NCBI RefSeq assembly: GCF_017876815.1 | Contig: NZ_JAGIOS010000001.1 | Coordinates: forward strand, 3,840,001-3,872,000 | From: Sinorhizobium meliloti | GTDB taxonomy: Bacteria > Pseudomonadota > Alphaproteobacteria > Rhizobiales > Rhizobiaceae | Reading direction: 5' to 3' | Length of the DNA stretch: 32,000 bases | Part shown: positions 17,147 through 26,344 of the stretch, one piece after another | Numbering within the stretch: the stretch's first letter is position 1 | Layout of the letters: the number at the start of each line of letters is the position of its first letter | Position numbers and translations under genes: made by a program | The notes under the pieces: generated by a model | Told to the model about the DNA's origin: nothing | Database searches by the model: none | What the model saw: the letters and a program-made list of their open reading frames with translations, nothing else

Positions 17147-17698
17147 TCAATCCTTTTTCCAGTCCTTCAGCACCGCGAACGGGTTCGGTCGTTCGTCGTC
17201 CGCTGCGGAGCTTTCGATGCGCTCGCCGAAAGCGGCGCCCGGCTTGCGCGGATAGGGATCAATGGCGAGCGCGACGTGCTCGCTGACGACCACGCCGGCA
17301 TCGATCGTATCGCCTGTGAAGGTATCGGGCAGGTCGGGCCCGTCCGGATCGACGATCATCTCGCCGCCATCGGTGTCGGCCTGCCGCGCGAGACGTGATC
17401 CCTCCGGCACGAGGATCGCCTCCACCGGCTCCCGGATATCCGACTCGACCGGCTCGAGCGTCACGACGCAGGTCTGCACGATGTGCGCACGAACCTCGCC
17501 CTTGATCTTCACACCGTCCTTTTTCCAGCGCGCAATCTGCAGGTCGGCGGCAAGGGAAGAGACGCCGTCCACGCGCCAAAGTTTGGCAAGAGCCCGCAGT
17601 TCTGCATCGTTCGCCGACACATGCACGGTGACAGGATTTGCCGAAATATGCCCGACCTTCACCGGGTAGGAGAATGCCGATTTGCTCTCTTGCTTCAT
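17147..17698 (-). CDS. YceD family protein (DUF177)
   Basis: ATG 17698 with AGGAAGGA upstream. It has the YceD-like core (VVTLEPV...D...E) and occupies the conserved position upstream of plsX. Confidence 0.8.
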   Translation of the reverse strand: MKQESKSAFSYPVKVGHISANPVTVHVSANDAELRALAKLWRVDGVSSLAADLQIARWKKDGVKIKGEVRAHIVQTCVVTLEPVESDIREPVEAILVPEGSRLARQADTDGGEMIVDPDGPDLPDTFTGDTIDAGVVVSEHVALAIDPYPRKPGAAFGERIESSAADDERPNPFAVLKDWKKD

Positions 17699-17780
17699 GT
17701 TCAGGTCCTTCCTCGCGCCGGCGCCGCGGCAGGGCGCGGTCGGCACGCTGCCATTCGATCGACGAACGATCGCGGCGCTT

Positions 17781-18317
17781 TTACGTTCCGGCCGGGGGGA
17801 TGCGCAACTGACCCGTCTCGACGGCCTCTTCGGCAGTATCCGAGAGCACGGACTCGACCGCAAGGAGGTAGGAGGCGAGGCCCCGCATGGACGGCGCGTC
17901 CTCCACGTCGGCGTGAAAATTGCGCCTCAATGCGGCCGCCAATGCGCCGGCATCCCGTCCTTCGAGGGCCGCCGCGTAGGATTCGAGGCGGCCATAGAAC
18001 ATGCCGGCAAGTTTCTTCATCTTCTTCGGCACGCTCGCATCGCCCACGCCGAGCTCGCGGATGGAATGATCCACATCCTCGAAGAAGGCGTCGACAATCT
18101 CCTGCGCGATTTCCTGGCCGGCTCGCGCCGAGCTGCGCGTGCGGCGGAAATAAAGGATCAGAATCGCCGACAACATCTCGAAGCGCCCCATGACGGTGTC
18201 GGGCACATCGAGGTCGGTATAGAGAAACGGCTGGCGCGCCGCCGCGGTCAGTGCCGCATATTGGCGCTTCACAATCGCAATATTGCCGCTTTTTTTCTTG
18301 AACAGTCCAAAAATCAT
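17781..18317 (-). CDS. ubiquinol-cytochrome c chaperone (Cbp3-like) family protein
   Basis: The pattern MGRFEMLSAILILYFRR...EIVDAFFEDVDHSIRELGVGDASVPKKMKKLAGMFYGR is typical of the alphaproteobacterial Ubiq_cyt_C_chap family. The first tracked codon is a GTG; the ATG is at 18317. Confidence 0.8.
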   Translation of the reverse strand: MIFGLFKKKSGNIAIVKRQYAALTAAARQPFLYTDLDVPDTVMGRFEMLSAILILYFRRTRSSARAGQEIAQEIVDAFFEDVDHSIRELGVGDASVPKKMKKLAGMFYGRLESYAAALEGRDAGALAAALRRNFHADVEDAPSMRGLASYLLAVESVLSDTAEEAVETGQLRIPPAGT

Positions 18318-18415
18318 CACAGGGGCCGGCTGGCTTTCTCGAAATCAGGGGCAAGCGCCCATGATCATGTTGCATGATAGCCGAAGCTGGTTTACCGAAG
18401 CGGGCACGAATTGCA

Positions 18416-18961
18416 ATGGCCGATCTGCCAATCGTTACTCCAGGGGAGCAGTCCTTGACGAAGCGGTATTTGACGACAAACCTAAAAGTCCTGGGCCGTG
18501 CCGTGCTCGTGGCTTCCCTTTGCACTACCGCCCTTTCCGCCTGCATGTCCGCAAATGTGGGTGAAGTCCTGCATCAGGGCTATGTCGTCGACCAGGAAAC
18601 GCTGGCACTCGTGCCGGTCGGATCGAGCCGCGAGCAGGTACTGCTCTCGCTCGGCACGCCTTCCACGACCGCGACATTCGACAATGAGGTGTTCTACTAC
18701 ATCTCCCAGACCCGCAAGCGGCCGGTCGCCTTCATGAAGCCGAAGATCATCGATCAGTCCATCCTCGCCGTCTATTTCGACAAGGAAGGCACCGTCAGCC
18801 AGCTCGCGCACTACACGATGAAGGACGGGAAGGTATTCGACATGCTGACGCGCACGACGCCGACCGGCGGCAAGGAATCGAGCTTCCTCGGCCAGCTCCT
18901 GTCCGGCCCCGGTGCCGGACAGGCCGCCGCGCGCAACCTGTTCAAGGACTTCGGCAAGTAA
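18416..18961 (+). CDS. bamE: outer membrane protein assembly factor BamE (SmpA/OmlA lipoprotein)
   Basis: Lipobox LSAC, followed by the SmpA_OmlA motif (GSSREQVLLSLGTPSTTATFDNEVFYYI). The start is uncertain; an in-frame TTG at 18455 preceded by GGGGAG is an alternative. Confidence 0.8.
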   Translation: MADLPIVTPGEQSLTKRYLTTNLKVLGRAVLVASLCTTALSACMSANVGEVLHQGYVVDQETLALVPVGSSREQVLLSLGTPSTTATFDNEVFYYISQTRKRPVAFMKPKIIDQSILAVYFDKEGTVSQLAHYTMKDGKVFDMLTRTTPTGGKESSFLGQLLSGPGAGQAAARNLFKDFGK

Positions 18962-18983
18962 CCGAGCCGCAACGGCGCGAAAA

Positions 18984-19020
18984 AGGCCCGCGAGACCAGG
19001 TCCCGCGGGCCTTCTGCTTT
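18984..19020. terminator. bidirectional rho-independent terminator
   Basis: AAAA-AGGCCCGCG-loop-CGCGGGCCT-TCTGCTTT lies between the convergent bamE and hppA genes. An A-run on one side and a T-rich run on the other flank a 9-bp GC stem. Confidence 0.8.
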
Positions 19021-19033
19021 CAAGACGCCTGCG

Positions 19034-21169
19034 TCAGGCCAGAACGGCGAGCAGGAGAAGGGCCACGATGTTGGTGATCTTGATCGCGGGGTTAACCGCC
19101 GGACCGGCCGTATCCTTGTAGGGATCGCCGACGGTGTCACCCGTCACCGAGGCCTTGTGCGCTTCGGATCCCTTCATGTGGCGCGTGCCGTTGCGGTCGA
19201 CGAAGCCGTCCTCGAAGCTCTTCTTCGCATTGTCCCAGGCACCGCCGCCGGACGTCATCGAGATGGCCACGAAAAGGCCGTTGACGATCACGCCGAGGAG
19301 CGAGGCACCGAGCGCCGCGAAGGCGGACGCCTTCGAGCCGGAGATCAGCAGCACGCCGAAATAGACGACGATCGGCGCCAGCACCGGCAGCAGCGACGGG
19401 ATGATCATTTCGCGGATCGCCGCCTTCGTCAGCATGTCGACGGCCCGGCCATAGTCCGGCCGATCCTTGCCTTCCATGATGCCCGGCTTTTCCTTGAACT
19501 GGCGACGAACCTCCTCCACGACGGCGCTCCCGGCACGGCCGACGGCGGTCATCGCGATGCCGCCGAAGAGATAGGGAATGAGACCGCCGAAGATCAGCCC
19601 GGCGACGACGTAAGGATTGGACAGGTCGAAGGAGATCGTCCCGACGTCGGCGAAATAGGGATGCTTGTCGCCATTGGCAGCGAAATAGGCGAGGTCGTTG
19701 GAATAGGCGGCGAAGAGCACCAGGGCACCAAGCCCCGCTGAACCGATCGCGTAACCCTTCGTCACGGCCTTGGTGGTGTTGCCGACGGCGTCCAATGCAT
19801 CGGTCGACTTGCGCACCTCGGGCGGCAGATGCGACATCTCGGCGATGCCGCCGGCATTGTCGGTCACGGGACCGAAGGCGTCGAGCGCTACGATCATGCC
19901 GGCAAGACCGAGCATGGCGGTCACGGCGATGGCCGTCCCGAAGAGGCCGGCGAACTGATAGGTCGCGATGATGCCGCCGACGATGACAATGGCCGGCAAG
20001 GCGGTCGATTCGAGGGACACGGCGAGGCCCTGGATCACGTTGGTGCCGTGGCCGGTAACCGATGCCTGCGCGATCGAGTTCACCGGCCGCTTGTTCGTCC
20101 CCGTATAATATTCGGTGATCACGACGATCAGCGCGGTGACGATAAGGCCGATGATGCCGCAGAGAAACAGGTTCCAGCCGGTGATGTCCATGCCCGCGAC
20201 GGTTCCGATCGAACCCCATCCGATCGTCAGCGATGTCGCAGCGCCAAGGCCGAGGATCGAAAGAGCGCCCGTAACGATCAGCCCGCGATAGAGCGCGCCC
20301 ATGATCGAGGCGTTGGCGCCGAGCTTGACGAAGAAAGTGCCGATGATCGAGGTGATGATGCAGGCCGCGCAGATCGCCAGCGGATAGGTCATGACGGTTG
20401 CGAGCACCGGGGCTCCGGCGAAGAAGATCGATGCAAGCACCATCGTCGCCACGACGGAGACCGCATAGGTCTCGAAGAGGTCGGCGGCCATGCCGGCGCA
20501 GTCGCCGACATTGTCGCCGACGTTGTCGGCGATTGTCGCCGGGTTGCGCGGGTCGTCCTCGGGGATGCCTGCTTCGACCTTGCCGACGAGGTCGCCGCCG
20601 ACATCGGCGCCTTTCGTGAAGATGCCGCCGCCGAGACGGGCGAAGATCGAAATCAGCGACGCCCCGAAGCCGAGCGCGACAAGCGCATCGATGACCTCGC
20701 GCGCGGCAGGCTCATGCCCGAGGCCTGCGGTGAGTATGAGGTAGTAGACCGAGACGCCCAGGAGGGCGAGGCCGGCCACCAGCATGCCGGTGATTGCACC
20801 GGATTTGAATGCGATGTCGAGACCGGAGGCGAGACTGACTGAGGCGGCCTGGGCCGTACGGACGTTGGCCCTGACCGAAACATGCATGCCGATGAAGCCC
20901 GCGGCACCTGAGAGCACCGCACCGATAAGGAAGCCGATGGCAGCTGCACCCGACAACAGGAGCCATGCGGCGATGAAGACGACGACACCGACTATGGCAA
21001 TGGTTGTGTACTGACGCGTGAGGTAGGCCTGCGCCCCCTCTCTGATAAAACCTGCGATTTCTTGCATGCGGGCATTCCCCTGGTCGGCGGCAAGCACCGA
21101 CTTTGTCGCCCAGATGGCATAGACCACCGAAAGCAACCCGCATGCGATAACGCCCAACAATATGGTCAT
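19034..21169 (-). CDS. hppA: H+-translocating membrane pyrophosphatase, K+-independent type
   Basis: 711 aa and polytopic, with conserved [20 protein letters not shown] and [19 protein letters not shown] motifs. [10 protein letters not shown] carries Lys at the A/K position that distinguishes K+-independent enzymes. Confidence 0.95.
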   Translation of the reverse strand: MTILLGVIACGLLSVVYAIWATKSVLAADQGNARMQEIAGFIREGAQAYLTRQYTTIAIVGVVVFIAAWLLLSGAAAIGFLIGAVLSGAAGFIGMHVSVRANVRTAQAASVSLASGLDIAFKSGAITGMLVAGLALLGVSVYYLILTAGLGHEPAAREVIDALVALGFGASLISIFARLGGGIFTKGADVGGDLVGKVEAGIPEDDPRNPATIADNVGDNVGDCAGMAADLFETYAVSVVATMVLASIFFAGAPVLATVMTYPLAICAACIITSIIGTFFVKLGANASIMGALYRGLIVTGALSILGLGAATSLTIGWGSIGTVAGMDITGWNLFLCGIIGLIVTALIVVITEYYTGTNKRPVNSIAQASVTGHGTNVIQGLAVSLESTALPAIVIVGGIIATYQFAGLFGTAIAVTAMLGLAGMIVALDAFGPVTDNAGGIAEMSHLPPEVRKSTDALDAVGNTTKAVTKGYAIGSAGLGALVLFAAYSNDLAYFAANGDKHPYFADVGTISFDLSNPYVVAGLIFGGLIPYLFGGIAMTAVGRAGSAVVEEVRRQFKEKPGIMEGKDRPDYGRAVDMLTKAAIREMIIPSLLPVLAPIVVYFGVLLISGSKASAFAALGASLLGVIVNGLFVAISMTSGGGAWDNAKKSFEDGFVDRNGTRHMKGSEAHKASVTGDTVGDPYKDTAGPAVNPAIKITNIVALLLLAVLA

Positions 21170-21369
21170 TTCGCACTTTCCTCCGTTACAACCTGCGGGC
21201 TCATCCCTGCCGCAGGCCCCTCTCTCCGCGAATCACGCGCCGCCTCCTCAAGCGACGCGTTTTCGCGGCGCGGCCAGAGTGCTGTTGCCGATGTGGATCG
21301 TCAAGCCCCTGAAATTGCCCGCATGCCGGCCTTTTCAGGGTCCGGGAAGCGTTCGGGTAAAACAGGCTT

Positions 21370-22596
21370 TCAGGCGGTAGCCTGCTTGCCTGCGCGCATG
21401 AGCGGGAGAAGGAGAAGAAGGCAGAAACCGGCCACCGGCCAGACAGCCGCGCTCAGCATGTCCCAACCATAGCCGGAAAGCACCTTGCCGGACGCGAAGG
21501 AAGAACAAGCGACGGCTGAGAAGAGAACGATATCGTGAAAGCCCTGGACCTTGTCTGCCTCATGCGGCCGGTAACTCTGCGCGACGATCGCCGTGGAGCC
21601 GATGAACCCGAAATTCCAGCCGAGGCCGAGCAGTGACAGCGCGCCCCAGAAATTCCAGAGTGCGACACCGAGGTGAGCCACGGCAGCGCAGGCCATCAGC
21701 AGGAGGAGACCACAGGCGACGATGCGTTCGGCGCCGAAGCGGCTGATCAGCCAACCCGTGACGAAACTCGGAGCGAACATCGCAAGCACATGCCATTGGA
21801 TTCCGAGCGTCGCGAGATCGCTCGAAAAACCGCAGCCGACAACCATGGCGACGGGCGCGCCCGTCATCATGAAGGTCATCAGGACATAGCTGGAAATCCC
21901 GCAGATCATTCCCGTCATGAAACGCTGGCTGCCCGCAATCTCGCGCAGCGGACGCGCGGGTGGCTGCTCGTGATGGGCCGATGCCGTTGTGTGGTCCGGC
22001 AGCCGCAGCGGCACGAAGAAGAAGAGCGCGACGATGCAGACCGGTACGAGAGCGACGAAAGCACCCGCAAACCACACGGGCGCGAAGTAATCGCCCGCGA
22101 AAATGACGATCTGCGGTCCGAGGATCGCCGAGACGATGCCGCCTCCCAGAATCCAGGAAATCGCCTTGGCCTTGTAGAAGGACGGCGAAGCGTCGGCTGC
22201 GGCAAAGCGGAGCTTCTGCGTAAAGCCGTTGGAAGCGCCGAGAACTGCGAGGCCGCAGGCGAAGAACCAGAAACTCTCCCGGAAAAGTGCAGCCGTGGCG
22301 AGCACGCCGCCGAGCGCAGCGATCGACGCACCGGCGATGAAGGCGAAGCGTCGGCCAACGAGTCGCGACAACACCGCAACGAGCACGACGCCGAGCGCCA
22401 TGCCGAGATTGTAGGCGGTGAGCGGCGCCGTCGCGAGCGACTTGTCTTCGCCGAGCAACTGGTGGCCGGCAACGCCGCCGACTGCAAAACTGATCGGTCC
22501 GACAACGCCGAGCAGTGCCTGGGCGACGGTAAGCAACTGCACGTTTCGGCGTGCCTCGCGGAGGACCGTTCCCATTTCTGCCGGCTCGGCGGCCAT
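21370..22596 (-). CDS. MFS transporter
   Basis: 408 aa with about 12 TM segments and an MFS loop 2-3 motif (LSRLVGRRFAF). The start is 7 nt after the nusB stop. Confidence 0.85.
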   Translation of the reverse strand: MAAEPAEMGTVLREARRNVQLLTVAQALLGVVGPISFAVGGVAGHQLLGEDKSLATAPLTAYNLGMALGVVLVAVLSRLVGRRFAFIAGASIAALGGVLATAALFRESFWFFACGLAVLGASNGFTQKLRFAAADASPSFYKAKAISWILGGGIVSAILGPQIVIFAGDYFAPVWFAGAFVALVPVCIVALFFFVPLRLPDHTTASAHHEQPPARPLREIAGSQRFMTGMICGISSYVLMTFMMTGAPVAMVVGCGFSSDLATLGIQWHVLAMFAPSFVTGWLISRFGAERIVACGLLLLMACAAVAHLGVALWNFWGALSLLGLGWNFGFIGSTAIVAQSYRPHEADKVQGFHDIVLFSAVACSSFASGKVLSGYGWDMLSAAVWPVAGFCLLLLLPLMRAGKQATA

Positions 22597-22602
22597 CCGC
22601 GC

Positions 22603-23085
22603 TTACTTTCTCTGGTCGCCGCGAACCTGTTTGGCGATCCGGTCGAGGACGGCGTTGACGAGCTTCGGCTCTTCGTCCTGGAAGAATGCCTTGGCGATCT
22701 CGACATATTCGGTCACGATCACCGGAACCGGCACATCCTTTCGCTCAAGGATCTCGAAGGTGCCGGCGCGCAGGATTGCGCGGACGGTGGAATCGAGCCG
22801 GGAAAGCGCCCAATCGTCCTGAAGCGCCGAGCCGATCAACGGATCGAGCTTGCGCTGGTCGCGCACGACGCCCGCAACGATCGAGCGGAACCAGGACGCG
22901 TCTGCCCGGAGATAGGTGTCACCGTCCAGTTCCTTGCCGAGGCGATGTTCCTCGTATTCGGCGACAATCTCCAGGACGCCGGTCCCGCCGACATCCATCT
23001 GATAAAGCGCCTGAACGGCTGCAAGGCGCGCGGCGCCACGCTGGTTGACCTGTTTCAGCGGCTGATCCGAAGGGGTGTTCGTCAC
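22603..23085 (-). CDS. nusB: transcription antitermination factor NusB
   Basis: [16 protein letters not shown]...[11 protein letters not shown]...[12 protein letters not shown]. The GTG start overlaps the ribH stop (GTGA). Confidence 0.93.
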   Translation of the reverse strand: MTNTPSDQPLKQVNQRGAARLAAVQALYQMDVGGTGVLEIVAEYEEHRLGKELDGDTYLRADASWFRSIVAGVVRDQRKLDPLIGSALQDDWALSRLDSTVRAILRAGTFEILERKDVPVPVIVTEYVEIAKAFFQDEEPKLVNAVLDRIAKQVRGDQRK

Positions 23086-23543
23086 TTCTCTGCGCCCAAT
23101 CTTTGCTTCAGTTCGATCATGGTCAGGGCGGCGCGCGCGGCGAATCCGCCCTTGTCGCCTTCCGTACGGCGGGCCCGTGCCCAGGCCTGCTCGTCGTTCT
23201 CGACCGTCAGAATGCCGTTGCCGAGCGCCAGGCTCTCGCTGACGGCGAGATCCATCAGCGCGCGCGCGGACTCGTTGGCGACGATGTCGAAATGGTAGGT
23301 CTCGCCGCGGATCACCATGCCGAGCGCAACGAAGCCGTCATATTCCGCCCCGCCTTCGTCGGCACCATCGAGCGCCATGGCGATCGCCGCGGGAATTTCC
23401 AGTGCCCCCGGGACCGTCACAATATCATAAGTGGCGCCGGCCGCATCCAGCGCATGTTTCGCTCCATCGAGCATCGCGTCGGCCATATCGTCATAGAAAC
23501 GCGCTTCCACAATCAGGATGTGGACGGGCTTGATCTTCGCCAT
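23082..23543 (-). CDS. ribH: 6,7-dimethyl-8-ribityllumazine synthase
   Basis: 153 aa with VPGALEIP and [20 protein letters not shown] motifs, in a ribH-nusB arrangement. Confidence 0.93.
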   Translation of the reverse strand: MAKIKPVHILIVEARFYDDMADAMLDGAKHALDAAGATYDIVTVPGALEIPAAIAMALDGADEGGAEYDGFVALGMVIRGETYHFDIVANESARALMDLAVSESLALGNGILTVENDEQAWARARRTEGDKGGFAARAALTMIELKQRLGAEK

Positions 23544-23793
23544 GGATCACCTGTCTTGAAAAATTCGGACCGGACTTGGCCGGTGCAGGCGGCGGTCAAA
23601 CCATGCCCGGCACGGAATGGCAAGTAAATTCCGTTAACCGAAGGGCATTTGCCGTACCGCAATCTTCGATATTGGTGGAGCCGAACAGCAAACCCGCTTG
23701 TAACGGCGTCAACTGTCTCTAATCCTTAAGCGCGCCCAGGCCGATTCCGCGAGGTCGAGCCGGGCATGAGACGCGACCAGGAGGACGACTGCG

Positions 23794-24297
23794 ATGACGG
23801 ACGCGCAAAGGCCCATCGTCAATCCGAAGAACCTGAAGCTCGACCACTGGCGCCGTGGTTCGTTCTTCGAATCCAGCGACGTCTCTTTCGGGGCGCTTCT
23901 CGGTCTCAAGGATATCGGCATCGGCTACGGCGAGGTTCCGCCCGGCAAATCCGGGTGTCCGTTCCATAACCACCATGTCGAAGAAGAGCTGTTCATCATC
24001 CTCGAGGGGGAAGGAACGTACCGTTTCGGCAGCGAACGCCATGCGGTCGGACCAGGCGACATACTCGGAGCGCCCGCTGGCGGCCAGGAGACCGCGCATC
24101 ACCTCATCAATACCGGCACGCTGCCGCTCAAATACCTGTCCATTTCCACCATCGCGGCCACCGAAATCTGCGAATATCCGAACTCCGGCAAGTTCCTGGC
24201 AAGGACCCGGCGTCCGGGCGAAGGCCAGGCGTCGTTCGACTTCATTGGCCGCGCGCCCTCGGCGGCCGACTATTGGGACGGTGAACCGGGCTTCTGA
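23794..24297 (+). CDS. cupin domain-containing protein
   Basis: Cupin motifs are present (PFHNHHVEEELFIILEGEG...GPGDIL...HHLINTG). AGGAGGA lies 9 nt upstream of the ATG. Confidence 0.85.
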   Translation: MTDAQRPIVNPKNLKLDHWRRGSFFESSDVSFGALLGLKDIGIGYGEVPPGKSGCPFHNHHVEEELFIILEGEGTYRFGSERHAVGPGDILGAPAGGQETAHHLINTGTLPLKYLSISTIAATEICEYPNSGKFLARTRRPGEGQASFDFIGRAPSAADYWDGEPGF

Positions 24298-24333
24298 ACT
24301 CTACTCTTCCCTGTCAGAATAAGCGGAGCGACA

Positions 24334-24873
24334 ATGCACAGCGTCCCCACGATCGAAACCGAGCGGCTATTCCTGCGCCCCTACCGGCGCGACGACTTTT
24401 CTTCCTATTGCGCACTCTTCGGCGACGAGGAAGTGACCCGCTATACCGGCGGCGTGCCTTACACACGCGAACAATCCTGGACGCGATTCCTGCGCCAGGT
24501 CGGCATGTGGCACTACTTCGGCTTCGGCTTTTTCGCGATCCAGGACAAGCAAACCGGCGCCTTTATCGGAGAGGCCGGCTTCCACGAAGCGCATCGCCAG
24601 ATCACGCCCTCGCTGGAGGGAACGATGGAGACAGGCTGGGCGATTTCTCCAAAAAACCACGGCCGCGGCCTGGCGACGGAAGCCGTGACCGCCGCCCTCG
24701 CCTGGGCCGACCGTCAGTTTCCCGCGCTGAGAAAGACCTGCATCATCGAACCGGGCAACCAGGCTTCGATCAATGTCGCCCTCAAACACGGTTTCAAGGA
24801 ATTCTGGCGCACAACCTATAACGGCCGGCCGATGGTCATGTTCGAAAGGCGGTCGAGGGCATCCGAGGCTTAG
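24334..24873 (+). CDS. GNAT family N-acetyltransferase (RimJ/RimL-like)
   Basis: TERLFLRPYRRDDF at the N-terminus and an acetyl-CoA motif region (WAISPKNHGRGLATEAV). Confidence 0.88.
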   Translation: MHSVPTIETERLFLRPYRRDDFSSYCALFGDEEVTRYTGGVPYTREQSWTRFLRQVGMWHYFGFGFFAIQDKQTGAFIGEAGFHEAHRQITPSLEGTMETGWAISPKNHGRGLATEAVTAALAWADRQFPALRKTCIIEPGNQASINVALKHGFKEFWRTTYNGRPMVMFERRSRASEA

Positions 24874-25286
24874 AGCTGTATGAGGAAAAGTGTGTGCGGT
24901 TTTCCGCTCGCATCCCGCGTCTGAACTTCCTGGAACCGATCACCTTCATGTCTTAAGTCGATCCGACCCAAAACATGGTGATCCAGGCCCCGCGCGGAAA
25001 AGCGGAAAGATGAACAATTCTTAATTATTTTCAGCCTTTTACGCCACCGAAACGGCCACATTCCGGTCCACTTTCGTGACCGTTGGCACGGCGCGAGATC
25101 CTGGTCGGACACAACAAGGCGCAGTACCAACCAGTCGAAACGGTCCAGCTTTCTTCGCTGCGGGCGACATCACCCGTAAACGACCCGTGCTGGCCTGCAG
25201 GCTGCGCCTCAGAGAAGCAAACGGCCGTGGCAGGTCACGTGACCGATCGTCGCTGGGGCAGCCGCAAAACCAAAAGGAGCATGACA

Positions 25287-25637
25287 ATGAACAGCATTGC
25301 GAAAATCTCCGTCATCGCCACCCTCTCCGCCCTTACCTTCGCCGGAATCTCCCAAGCGGCGAGCGTCGAAATGAACTGGCCGGACCGGATCGACCAGACC
25401 GTGCGCACCTTCAAGGGCGACAATTTCCGCGTTGTCGATGTCGATACGTTGAGCCGCCAGAACCAGACCCGTATGCGAGTAGACAAGGCAACACCGGGGC
25501 AGCGTGCCGCATTGCAAGCCGCTGTCGAAGCCAACAGACCGCTGCTCGCTTCGCTTAGGGCACGCAATGTCGAACTGGACAACGTCGCCGCGGCGAAGCA
25601 GGCGGCCGATGGCGGACTGACGATCTACCTCCGCTGA
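25287..25637 (+). CDS. hypothetical exported protein (116 aa)
   Basis: AAGGAG lies 7 nt upstream of ATG 25287. Signal peptide MNSIAKISVIATLSALTFAGISQA/AS. A strong terminator follows the gene. Confidence 0.6.
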   Translation: MNSIAKISVIATLSALTFAGISQAASVEMNWPDRIDQTVRTFKGDNFRVVDVDTLSRQNQTRMRVDKATPGQRAALQAAVEANRPLLASLRARNVELDNVAAAKQAADGGLTIYLR

Positions 25638-25664
25638 CCTTTCGGCCGGCTACCCGACAATCTC

Positions 25665-25697
25665 GTCCGCCCCCACTTTCGGGGGCGGACTTGTTTT
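25665..25697 (+). terminator. rho-independent terminator
   Basis: GTCCGCCCCC-ACTTTC-GGGGGCGGAC followed by TTGTTTT. Confidence 0.85.
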
Positions 25698-25723
25698 GAC
25701 GGGCGATTTCTTTCAGCCAGACG

Positions 25724-26344
25724 TTATTCCTGCTTGGGAGCCGGGAATTCCGCCAACCGCGCGGCGTAGCGCGCCATCGTGTCCACCTCGAAATTGACGA
25801 GATCGCCGGACTTGCGTTCGCCCCAGGTCGTCACTTCGAGCGAATGTCGGATCAGCAATACGTCGAATTCGACGCCATCCACCTTGTTCACGGTGAGCGA
25901 CGTCCCGTCGAGCGCCACCGAGCCCTTGGGCGCGATGAATTTCGCGAGATGTTCGGGTGCCCTGAGGCGGAAGCGCACGGCTTCCCCCTCCGCTTCGACG
26001 GCAAGGATCTCCGCTTTGCCGTCGACATGGCCGGAGACGATGTGACCGCCCAGTTCGTCGCCGATCTTCAGCGAGCGCTCAAGATTGATGCGCGTGCCCT
26101 CACGCCAGTCGGCGATCGTCGTCAGCCTCAGCGCTTCCTCCCATGCCTCGACCTCGAACCAGCGTTCGTTGCTGCCGGCTTCCGGAAGTGACGTGACGGT
26201 CAGGCAGATGCCGGCATGCGCGACCGAGGCACCCAGATCGATCGTCTGCGCGTCGTAATTCGTGGCGACGCGAAGCTTGATGCCTTCCTCGAGAGGTGTG
26301 ACCTTCTCGACCGTACCGATGTCGGTGATGATGCCTGTAAACAT
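25724..26344 (-). CDS. ribE: riboflavin synthase (alpha chain)
   Basis: MFTGIITDIGTV...GDELGGHIVSGHVDG...SVALDGTSLTV shows the duplicated lumazine-binding repeats. Its start abuts the ribD stop. Confidence 0.94.
   Translation of the reverse strand: MFTGIITDIGTVEKVTPLEEGIKLRVATNYDAQTIDLGASVAHAGICLTVTSLPEAGSNERWFEVEAWEEALRLTTIADWREGTRINLERSLKIGDELGGHIVSGHVDGKAEILAVEAEGEAVRFRLRAPEHLAKFIAPKGSVALDGTSLTVNKVDGVEFDVLLIRHSLEVTTWGERKSGDLVNFEVDTMARYAARLAEFPAPKQE

Noticed and set aside
21170-21369. A possible regulatory RNA in the 200-nt hppA leader (hairpins such as CCTGCGG-N11-CCGCAGG; CTTGAC -35-like element).
   Set aside because: The -10 region is poor and the hairpins are unremarkable for GC-rich DNA. 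Nothing is distinctive enough to report as a feature.
23544-23793. An FMN (RFN) riboswitch upstream of ribH. I also looked upstream of ribD/nrdR.
   Set aside because: I could not find the conserved RFN core (the GGTGAAATTCC-type and AGTCTGGATGGGAGA-type elements do not appear on either strand). Only a small local hairpin (CGGAAT..ATTCCG) is present. An Infernal scan would settle this.
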